A DNA stretch of 64,000 bases from contig NC_057718.1 in NCBI RefSeq assembly GCF_004010195.1, forward strand, positions 88,864,229-88,928,228, in the 5' to 3' direction. Both the position numbers and the translations under genes were made by a program. The stretch is from Chiloscyllium plagiosum. Lineage: Eukaryota. Below the pieces are notes generated by a model. It did not search any database, was not told the DNA's origin, and was given only the letters and a program-made list of their open reading frames with translations. Every line of letters starts with the position of its first letter. Position 1 is the first letter of the stretch. Positions 52,182 to 62,415 of the stretch are shown piece after piece.

Positions 52182-52510
52182 ATGGCCTGTGTCCGCACTA
52201 GAGGAAATCTATGCATTCTATTTCATAAATGATTGATTGGCTGCATGTCGGGGTGGGCTCACTGAGAGGATTAACACGAATGTCAGTGCTTTTCTCTGCC
52301 TTAAACAAAACCCTGACTTCTTCCTGACTTCTCAATCATTAATGAAAGGGTATGGCTGTTGGGAGCAGCTTTATTCACCAGCTAGTAAGCCACTGATTCT
52401 TTCACTCTCCAATCTGGCATGTTTTATTCCCAGGGATTTAGGTCTCAGTATGTTCTACGCATTGTCTCCCATTTACCTACCACCTCTGTGCTTGATGTGC
52501 TCAATGTTAA

Positions 52511-52676
52511 AGGAGAAAGTGAGGACTGCAGATGCTGGAGATCAGAGCTGAAAATGTGTTGCTGGAAAAGCACAGCAGGTCAGGCAGCATCCAAGGAACA
52601 GGAGAATCGACGTTTCGGGCATACCTTGGATGCTGCCTGACCTGCTGCGCTTTTCCAGCAACACATTTTCAGCTCT
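52511..52676. mobile_element. Near-perfect fold-back PLE-terminus insertion
   Basis: 53-bp arms 52544-52596 and 52624-52676 with one mismatch; flanking repeat CTCAATGTTAAAGGA at 52500-52514 and 52675-52689. Confidence 0.85.
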
Positions 52677-52949
52677 CAATGTTAAAGGACCCATTCTTCC
52701 AGAGCTTTGTCCATCCCTCTCTCTGTAATCTCCTCCAGTTGTACAATCTGCAGTCACCTGTGTGACCCTCCAATCTGATCCCTTACATATTCCCTAGTCG
52801 CATTGTTGCACCGTTAGTGGTCCTGCCTAGTTCCTAAGCTCTGGAATTTCTTCCTGAAATCCTCCCACTTCTCCACTTCACTCTCTCCTCCTTGAAAGTG
52901 CTCCTGAAAGCCATAGCTTTATGTACGCAAATGGTGACCGATTTGAATA

Positions 52950-53076
52950 GGAGAAAGTGAGGACTGCAGATGCTGGAGATTAGAGTCAAAATGTGTGGCG
53001 CTGGAAAAGCACAGCAAGTCAGGCAGCATCTGAGGAGCAGGAGAATTGACGTTTCAGGCATGTCTTTTATCAGGAA
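52950..53076 (-). mobile_element. PLE terminus, degenerate hammerhead
   Basis: Same family as 52511-52620. Confidence 0.75.
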
Positions 53077-54620
53077 TTTTGGATACCCATTGGAACATCC
53101 ATTTGAATATCCCATTTTGTATTGTCCAATCCTATCTCAGAACACTTCTATGACATGGCTTGTTTAACCGTATCAATGGCGAAATATTAGAACAAGTTGG
53201 TATTGTTTCCTGCTGAGGGGCTATGTTCTTCTGGGACTTCATTTTACAAAAGCAAGCTTCCCGACTGGACACCTTGGTACCAAGCTTGCCGCCCAATTGG
53301 CAGTTTAGGTGCTGCCCATCATTCCTCATCCAATGATATCAGTCAAAGCAAAGCACACTTGACTTCCTGGCGGGCACGTTCTGTGCAGCGTGTAAAGATT
53401 AGGCCCGCGATCTTGCCATAAATGGGACTAGTTCAGTTTAGAAAACATGGTCGGCATGGACAGGTTGGGCCGAAGGGTCTGTTTCTGTCTTGTATGAAAG
53501 GAAAATTGCTTTGGAACTTTGCACCAACTTCGCACCAGCACCCACATCCCTACCTCAGAATGGTAGCACATGTAATGAGTTTGTTCAGAACAAGGGATGG
53601 GGAACAGTCCTGGTTCAGTACAGATGTTTCCATTCCTAGCAGTTTAAAAAAACTCCATCTTCAATGAAGCTCAGTAATGGTGGCCCTGTTCATTGCCAAA
53701 CCCTGCACTGATGTGATGCCAGCTGGTAGTCAGTGTGGCTAGAGATTTAAAAGAGGTTTGCGTCCTTTCAACTGATGTTTGTTCTCTGTTGTTCATTTAT
53801 TGAAATGTTTTTATCACCAATAAATCGTCCTTTGAAAGTCCAGATATAAGACCCAACTGGACATTACACCATGAACAGAAATAATTCACAGCAGCAGTGA
53901 TGGAGAAAGACTCAGGTTGAGAGAGGTTGGGGAAATGGGAAGAGTTCTGGAAAACTGTTCAACACTTCATTCACACATGAGCCCAGATTGTTCCAATTTG
54001 TCACAGGCCTAAGCTGAAAATAGCATTGTTTGGATATGACTTCTAATTGGTTCAAGCTCTCGGACGGCAGCTCAAAAAGTGGAAGGGGTGTTCCGAACAT
54101 ATGGGGTCGCTTGACCCAGGAGGCAGACGGAAGTGGAGAAACTTACGGGAGAGTGGGATAGGTGTGTGAGTGATCAGGCAATTATGCGGGCTTAGTTTTC
54201 TGGGCCCTTACCTGGGTTCGTACTATCTTGGTGAACGGCTTTGCAGGTGACGAAACCTCAAAGGGGGAAAAAAAACTCCAAAGGAAATTTGCTGCTGTAG
54301 CTACAGAAGCGTAGAAAGGCACACACGTAATAGAGTCTTTAATGTTTGGTGGAACATCGATTCAATGTCACTTTAACAGTGGGTCTGCCTGCAGTGGAAC
54401 ATAAAACTAGTGCCAGTGTAAAACAGCCTTTTGTTTTCTGGCTGGCTGCCAACACCTTTGTAATGCTTATTAGCTCAGATGTGAAAGACTTGGGTCTGAA
54501 GTTTGATTCTGTTGCTCTCCCTGCACTCTCTCTCTCGTATCCTCCTCCTCTTCACGCAGTGCAGTCAGAGTGTGGGTGAAGTGCTGTCATCAGTAGTGTG
54601 CGCTGTAGTACTCATCCTCC

Positions 54621-54776
54621 CCTGACAGTGTGATTTTCTTTCTCTTGTAGGTCAGTCAACTGATATGAAGTGCGATCCTCCAGGCGACAGTGTCAGACTG
54701 TGACACTGAGAGCTGCGTTGGCTTCGGTTTTGCTCTCTCTCACTCTCTTCCCCCCACCTTTCTCTGGATGCTGGTC
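54621..54776 (+). promoter_or_regulatory. ESR1: Splice acceptor and 5'-UTR part of the ESR1 first coding exon
   Basis: Branch-point-like CCTGAC at 54621-54626, then polypyrimidine tract TTTTCTTTCTCTTGTAG with the AG at 54649-54650, 126 nt upstream of ATG 54777. Confidence 0.75.
54665..54703 (+). other. Upstream ORF (12 aa, MKCDPPGDSVRL) in the ESR1 5' UTR
   Basis: ATG at 54665 and TGA at 54701-54703, between the acceptor and the main ATG, out of frame with ESR1. Confidence 0.6.
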
Positions 54777-55219
54777 ATGGCAATTCCACTCCATCACAAA
54801 TCACCTGCGATTGCTTTGCTGCAGAAGATTCAGGCTAGTGACTTGGACACTTTTGGCAGGCAAACTCTACAGTTACCTATAAGTGGCGATGGACCTCTGA
54901 ATGAAATCTATGTGGAGAAAAACCGAGCAGGAGCGATGAACTACCCGGAAAGTGGCTACGAGTTCGCTGCAGCAGCTACCCTGTACAACCCGGCCAGTCT
55001 GGGCTACACAGCCTCCAGTGACTCGCACGGCTCCAGCAACATCGGGGGGCTGCACTCCCTCAACAGCATGTCTCCGAGCCCGCTGGTCTTTCTACAGACC
55101 GCGCCTCAGCTCTCATCCTTTGTTGCCCACGGGCAGCAGGTCCCCTATTATGTGGAAAACGAGCAGAGTAGCTGCAGCAGCTTTGGCTTGCGGGACGCTC
55201 CCCCTTCAACCTTTTACAG
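54777..55219 (+). CDS. ESR1: Estrogen receptor alpha, first coding exon (A/B domain, AF-1); continues in downstream exons outside the window
   Basis: Translation MAIPLHHKSPAIALLQKIQ...PLNEIYVE...NYPESGYEFAAAA...[35 protein letters not shown]...PPSTFYR is collinear with the human ERalpha N-terminus (MTMTLHTKASGMALLHQIQ...PLGEVYLD...NYPEGAAYEF...[36 protein letters not shown]...PPAFYR). The exon ends TTTTACAG|GTAACA inside the Arg codon (phase 2), the same position as in human. ATG 54777 has a good Kozak context (gtcATGG); an in-frame ATG at 54768 would add 3 aa. Confidence 0.96.
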
Positions 55220-57929
55220 GTAACAACAAAGTACTTTGTCAGGACTCCCGTTGAGAGGGAAGTGGCTGGTGGAGGTGGGGGGGGAAGGTGGTGTGGTGCT
55301 GGGGGGAGGTTGGAGTGGAAATGTCGAAGCTTTTAGCTGAACCCCTTGAATGTTTGCGGCAAAGACTGTTGTCTGCCCTGGGAGTGTTCCTGAAATGCTG
55401 TTTTTTTTGGGTATGACACTTCTTTACGTTACTTGTTGCAACGTGTAGGGGTCGGATGAGGTTTTTATGAGGTGCACCTCCCTTCAATCATTGCTTGCCA
55501 TGTTTAGTTTGGATCACATACAGTCCGCAGCCCCCCCCCACCGCATTAATCAGGCGGACGGGCTGCTTTTGGGTGTGCCCCAGATTTTACAACCCGGAAT
55601 GCTGAAGTTGTTTGCAACGTCGCTACAGTTGCTCAAATCCGTCCGTTCTCATTTACCCATAAATCGCGTCTCAATCAAAGGATCTCTGAATGATTTTAAC
55701 TTTTGATTGTAGCTTCTGGGCGACATTAACTAAACTGTCTCCCTGCCCGGAGAAAATTCCATCAGCTTATCACTTCCCTCAGACAAAATAGACATTGTGC
55801 CTTTAAACCTTGTGAAAGGGGCAATGAAAATCTCGGGGTGGGGGGCATTTTTCCTCTGCTTTGTCTCCTTTGGGTTACCTTTGCTCCTGATCACATAGTG
55901 AGCGTAACTGCGGAGTCCAGTCTTTCCCCCCTCCCACTACACCAACCACCACACTGAAATCTGATACCACGGGCAGCTCAATTTGACCAGAGTTAAAATC
56001 ATACCCAGTGGGAAAACTGAATAAAAGTCCCCCCCCCACCCCACAGCCCCAAATGTAGTGGGATTTAGAAAGGAGTGTGCTCCTTAAAGTGGGGGCTTTG
56101 TATAGAGCCATAAACCCTGGGACTGTGGGAATGAAAACCCTTTTTATTTACTGGCATTCCCTCGTGCTTTGATGGACGATGGACATACAAGTTCACTCTG
56201 TGACATTGGGCAATAATATCATCAATAATTTGGTATGTCCCAAGTATACGTTTCTGAAAAACACTCAGGAATGTAAAGCATAACAGACTTTCGACAGTTC
56301 CGTGCCGGTCAAGCAGCCACATTAAATAAATGTACACTGGTCTGATAGAAGTAAGGAAAGCATTCAGCCTGAATACGCCTGACAGCAAGAGGTGATTTGT
56401 AGCCCTAGTATATTAGTACATTAGGTTTTCCTATTACCAAGGTTTCTCTCAACATGTTGAAACAAGCTTCTTTTTACATTGACTGTTGTCACTGTTGTGT
56501 TTCGTTTCGATTGTGCAATCCGTAGTTTGGATACTAGTCCCTGTAATGCCAAATGTGTGTTTTTCTTTTCTTTACAAACCAACTGTGATGTGAAGAGTTT
56601 TGACAACGTAAAGGAGGGGGGAATTGTTTCTACTGGCAAGGAGGACCCAAACTAGCAATCGAAGCAGAGAGGAGATGAGGAGATGATTTTTATTCCACGG
56701 TTATGGTCTAGAAAGTGCTATCTGGGTGTTGGAAGCAGACCCGTTAGGGACTGGCAACTGGAGACCGGATAAATATTTGAAAAGGAAAATATTACAGGGC
56801 CAAGGTGGGGGGGGCAGGGGGTGAATAATGGGTCGAAGAGATGGGTAGGGAGAACCAACTGGCTAGCGATTGAGCCGAAGGCCTCCTTCTGTGTTGGAGT
56901 TTCTATGATTCATTGTCATGGTGCAGTTTCGGCAAGTTTTTCACAATGAGATCAACTTGCCTTTGTCAGGAATCATGATGGCTGAATTCCATTTTGTTCT
57001 CTTGTAACTCTTTGTTCTACACTTTGGAATGTGCAGTGGAAATGTCCTGAGGAGGGAGAGAACATGACACAATAGAAACTAAGGGCATTTAGCAAGAGCA
57101 CGTACAACTGAGACAGTTAGTGGATAAGGTTGGACAATGGATTGTCAACAGCAGGTTGGAAGGCACAACAGGCTCTCTAAGATCTGGTTATGCTTCTGTA
57201 ACATAATCACTTCTTTATATTTAATCTCCATGTGCCACGCTTCTCAGTCTGACTTCCATCCCATGGAATTTGAACTTGGTATTCTGGAAGTCTCTCTTTC
57301 ACTGATGCCCGCTCATCAGCCTCTTCACAATGAACTGGGTGGGGACCAGGTAGACCTCCCCCATTGCTTTCTCCTTCTGTTCTTGTGAAGAGACACGCGA
57401 CCTGTGCTTCCTAGGGGTGCCAATGAGGACCCATAGGGACAGGTCTGCCCACAGTCCCTCAGCCACCCTACCTTCTAGCTGGGGTACTGAGGGCCCAGCG
57501 CAGTCAGTCAGTCAACCTCCCCCCGCCAGAGGCCTGTTGCTAAACTCTCACCTCCTCACTTTGGGTCAACTGTTTACTGAAGCTGCGCAGGTGATCCCCA
57601 ATCTCAGTCCACACTGACCTAAGGCCTGGGAGTGGAGGCGTGCATACGAGAAATACATTTAACCATGGTTCCTCTGGGCTGGAGGTAAAGGAAGTGGGAA
57701 ACCACCCAGATCGTCATTATCCAGATCACTATCCAGCTTCCCCTGTTTGGAATGCATCAGTGTGGAACAAAGGCACCCTCGGTGTTGATGCCTTGGGTGT
57801 GCCATTGGCATGCCAACAGTTACCATCTCGACATGCACATGGCAAAGGGGCTCTTCACCAGGATGCCAGGACCTTCTGTATTGCACAACAATTGGGTACA
57901 TTGTTCAATGTTAACCTCCTGATGCCTGC

Positions 57930-58428
57930 TATTCACCTTACCCATGCCCCTCATGATTTTATAAACCTCTATAAGGTTATCCCTCAACCTCCTACATTCC
58001 AGTGAGATAAGTCCGAGCCTATCCAGCCTCTCCTTATAACTCAAACCCTCCATACCCAGCAACATCCTGGTAAATCTCCTCTGAACCGCCTCCAACTTAA
58101 TAATATCCTTCCTATAACCGGGCGACCAGAACTGCACACGGTACTCCAGAAGAGGCCTCACCAACATCCTGTACAACCTCAACATAACATCCCAACTCCT
58201 ATCCTCAAATGTCTGAGCAACAAAGGCAAAAGTGCTAAATGCCTTTTTAACCACCCTATCTATATTGGATTTAAACTTCAAAGAATTATGTACTGAACCC
58301 CTTGGTCTCTCTGTTCTTCAACACTACCCAAGGACCAAACACAGGCAAATGGGACTGGTTTCATTTGGGAAACCTGGCTGACATGGATGAGTTGGACCAA
58401 AGGGTCTGTATCCATGCTGTATGACTCT
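57930..58428 (-). mobile_element. CR1 fragment (minus) abutting a plus-strand CR1 tail
   Basis: VMLRLYRMLVRPLLEYRVQFWSPGYRKDIIKLEAVQRRFTRML; tail CTGTATGACTCT on the + strand at ~58417. Confidence 0.85.
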
Positions 58429-59021
58429 AGAGAGAGACAATTGGTAACCACTCCATTAACATGGGGTCAGGTGAGGACCCAGTCCCTCAATAAACTCCCA
58501 CAGTTAAAAAGACACATCAAATCTGTGCTATTAGTGCTTTTTTGCACTTGTATTAATATGCTCTTAATTAATTATCTTATAATAAAGGAGCATTTGAGGA
58601 ATTGATGTCGAATTTAAGAGTAATTCGGTTCACCCTGACACTATTGTCTTAAATCTGAAAGATTACATCAACATGAAGCATAAGTTGTCAAAGGTAGATT
58701 GAGAAGCATGATTAAAAGGTATCATTGTAGATTGGCAATGACAAACATTTTAAAGAATTCATAAATAATTTCCAACAAATAAATATTTCCTGAAGGAATA
58801 ACATCCTACAGGTGTGATATTGGGGAACACGGTAAGCTAATCACGGTATATCAAAGGAAGAGGTTTATAAAGTTGTTGAAAAGTGTAGCCAGCCTTCGGG
58901 AGAATTTTAATATTCAGTACAAGATGGCTGAGAGATGGATAAAGTCAAAATAGGATAGAGGAATAAACTACTTAGAGGCATCAGGTGCAAACCTTCAGGT
59001 TCAGAGTTGCCGCATGGGGAC

Positions 59022-59975
59022 TGGATATGGTCTTAATGAGATAGGATGGTGGCAGCAACAAGCCTTTGTTCTTCCAGCCATTTTCTGAATTAAGTTCTAG
59101 GAAGGAAGGCCTAAGGTTTGCCTTCCTGCTGTGCCGTTAATTGTGGCCCTTATACCATCAATCCATGACCATTTAATGGCCTTGTTCCACTTGGGCTGCA
59201 ATTACTTCAACTCCAGGGAGAATGAGAAAGATTAGGTCTGCCCAACTGGTTATCCAATGTGGCCAGGCTGTCAGTTGAAGTGTTGGAGGGGGGAGGGTCG
59301 ACCCAACGGGAAATAATCTGTGTGTGGTTAGAGGGAGTGGATTCAAGGCACTCTGACCTTGCTTTTTAGCACCTCTTTGCCCTGTGTCCGCTCCCCTCCT
59401 CCCCCACCAATGCTCCTGTCTGATCTCGCCCTCCCAATCTGGGAGGCCGGGGACTGTTGTCCCGATAGGAGCTGTGGTCTTCTCTGAGGCGCTTCTAGAT
59501 TCTGGAGATGCCAGGATCTGATTGCCCGAAACTCATGGTTGTTGGGACATCCTGGGTCAGAAAGTTCACTGGCAACCAATCAGCTGCCTGCTCACCAAAA
59601 GGTTGAGTGGGCTTTCTTTATGAGCTTCCCCTCCTGGAAACTCTCCAGCTCTCAGGCTTGGATTGAAAAATGAGAAGATCCTAGCCATAAAAACCATTAG
59701 ACCATTAAAAACCATCAGACCATAAGGTGTAGAAGTAGGCCATTCAGCCCATTGAGTCTGCTCTGCCATTCAATGAGATCCTGATAACCCTCAACTCCAC
59801 TTTCCTGCCTTTTCCCCATAACACCCCCCAGTACAGTGACTGATTAAAAACCTCAGCCTAGGGTTCACTTAATGGACATGGACATGGACATGGTCTTAAT
59901 GAGATAGGATGGTGGCAACAACAAGCCTTTGTTCTTCCAGCCATTTTCTGAATTAAGTTCTAGGAAGGAAGGCCT
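59022..59975 (+). repeat. 91-bp direct repeat, copies 863 bp apart
   Basis: 59022-59112 and 59885-59975 differ at 2 positions. Confidence 0.93.
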
Positions 59976-61327
59976 CTTCCTGGAAAGAATTCCACAGATT
60001 CACTGAGGTTCTGACCCTTGAACTTGAATTCTCCCACAAGAGGAAACATAAATCCTGTCTAGCCCCCTAAGAATCGTAAATGTTTCAATAAGGTCTACTC
60101 TTATTCCTCTTAACTCCAATGAGTGCAAGCTTCACCTATCCAATCTCTCCTCATAAGAAAATCCCTCCACTCCCAGAGTCAACTGAGTCAGCACAGATTG
60201 TCATAGTTTCTGCAAGTATAATGGTGTATTGTTGGACAGTAAATATGGCTGTCCTCTTGTGATGATAAACAAGGAAGTGGTAGATGCATTGAGCAAATAA
60301 CTTGCGTCTGTGGAAGACACAGATAATGTACCAGGTTACCAAGTGTCAGGTGATAATAAAAAACGTAAGAGTGGTTTAATAAAGTGGAAATGTCAGAGAA
60401 CGCAAGGGAGACTAAAATCTGTCGGCAGATCTCCAGAAGGAGAAAACAGTAAAACTTGGGAATGATGCCAATTGGTCTGACTCTCCTTGTGCCCATCAAA
60501 ACTGCAGCACAATCAGTTATGCAGTGTTTTAACTATTTTCCTTCTGCTGCTGGCTATCTCCTCTGCTTTCAAAAGATGTGCCTACAGAAATAGTGGAGGC
60601 TGAGGTTAGAATCTTCCAGAATCCTCTACAATCCAGAAAGTTTCCCATGAATTGGAAAGTAGCAAATGTACCCCCAGTATTCAAGAAAAGTGAGAGAGAT
60701 AAAATACTTAACCTTGCACCCGAGTTGGAGAAAATACTGTGATTCAGGACGTGGTAACAGAGCATCGAGAAAACTAGATTTCGATTAGGCTGAGTTAGCA
60801 TGAATTTAATCATAGAGTCATAGAGATGTACAGCATTGAAACAGACCCTTTGGTCCAACTTGTCCATACCGACCAGATATCCAAACCTTGTCTAGTCCCA
60901 CCTGCCAGCACCCGGCCCATACCTATTAGAGATTTTCTGGATGTAACTGAGGAGGGTGTATAAGGGGAAGCTAGTGGATGTACTCAATTTTCAATAAAGG
61001 CATTTGATAAGGTACAACACAAAAGGTGAGTATGGAACGTTATGATTCTTGGAACTGGGGTAACGTTGGCATGAATTATCGATTGTTTGATGAACAAAGC
61101 AGGAATAAATGGGTCATTTTGAGGTAGGTGGGTTGTAGCTACTGATGAGTCGCTAATGAACAGTATATGGACCTCAGCTATTTACAATCTGTAGCAATGT
61201 CTCAGATGAAGAAACTGGGTGAATTGTACTGACAAGTACAAAGTTATACGGCAAAGCAAACTCTGAGGGTGTTGTAAGGTGGCTATTAAAGGATTAAGTG
61301 ATTGGGTGACCTTACCATAATCTTCAC

Positions 61328-61802
61328 TCTTACAAAGTTTGTGAGAAGATTTGTAACTCGGGTGCTCGTTGTTGTGGTTCTGTTCGCCGAGCTGGGAATT
61401 TGTGTTGCAGACGTTTCGTTCCCTGTCTAGGTGACATTCTCAGTGCTTGGGAGCCTCCTGTGAAGCGCTTCTGTGATCTTTCCTCCGGCATTTGTAGTGG
61501 TTTGAATCTGCCCGCTTCCGGTTGTCAGTTCCAGCTGTCCGCTGCAGTGGCCGGTATATTGGGTCCAGGTCGATGTGCTTATTGATCCTTTCATGGGATT
61601 TTGTACACTACATTGGTTTTGCTCATGCTGCGTATTGGGTCCTTCGTTCTGGTGAGTTGTTGTCTGAGAGTGGCTGTTGGTTTGTGTGCTGTTATGAGTC
61701 CTAGTGGTCGCAGTAGTCTGGCTGTCAGTTCGGAAATGCTCTTGACAACGGAACGAGGACATGCCACAACCCAAAGGACTAGCCACACTACCATACATCA
61801 AG
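61328..61802 (-). mobile_element. Internally deleted PLE (third family) with a hammerhead-like terminus
   Basis: SELTARLLRPLGLITAHKPTATLRQQLTRTKDP...NVVYKIP (linker and start of GIY-YIG). Minus strand GCA-CTGAGAA-T-GTCAC...GGAAC-GAA-ACGT-C-TGC at ~61406-61446 has G8 mutated. Confidence 0.82.
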
Positions 61803-62064
61803 AGCACCACACAAACCTTCAAATTGAGGGAACCTGGTGAGGGGGTGTAGAAGATAATGCTACCTAAAAATGAGGTGTAAACCTGATGAAGTTGCAACAC
61901 AGACTTACAGATCGAGTTAAGTGATCACACAAACAACATTATTCTGGAGTCCTGCCATATTTAATTGCACATTAAATAACTATCTAGAGGAGGAGCTTTC
62001 TAACATCTCCTCTAAACTATTAGCTCACTTTCTCAGTCTGTAGATGTTGGTGCAGTGTGGAAGA

Positions 62065-62415
62065 ATCATAAATCCCCCAAACTGTAGAAGCAGGCCATTC
62101 AACCCATCGAGTACACACTGATCCTCCAAAGAGCATCCCCCTGACCCACTCCATCCCTGTAATCCCACATTAACCATGGCTAATCTACCTAGCTTGCACA
62201 TCCCTGAATGATATGGGCAATTTAGCATCCACTCAACCTGCACATCTTTGGACTATGGGAGGAAATCAGAGCACCTGCAGAAAATCCATGTGGAGACATG
62301 CAGACATGTGGAGAACATGCAAACTCCACGCAGACAGTGTCTGAGGTTGGCATCAAACCTGGGTCCCTGGTGCTGATGAGGTAGCAATGCTAACCACTGA
62401 GCCACTGTGCCACCC
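62065..62415 (-). mobile_element. HE1-type V-SINE
   Basis: Reverse-complement consensus. Confidence 0.82.

Noticed and set aside
54103..54117. Estrogen response element (GGGTCGCTTGACCC)
   Set aside because: The spacer is 2 nt, not 3. I saw no perfect GGTCAnnnTGACC by eye, though a scan is needed.
54690..54767. N-terminal extension of ESR1 in the ORF track
   Set aside because: The ORF caller started at a GTG; similarity to ERalpha begins at ATG 54777.
807..62415. SINE heads as tRNA genes, and recurring MLNCP / CCWKS ORFs as a gene family
   Set aside because: They are tRNA-derived SINE and PLE-terminus copies, without a full cloverleaf or coding constraint.
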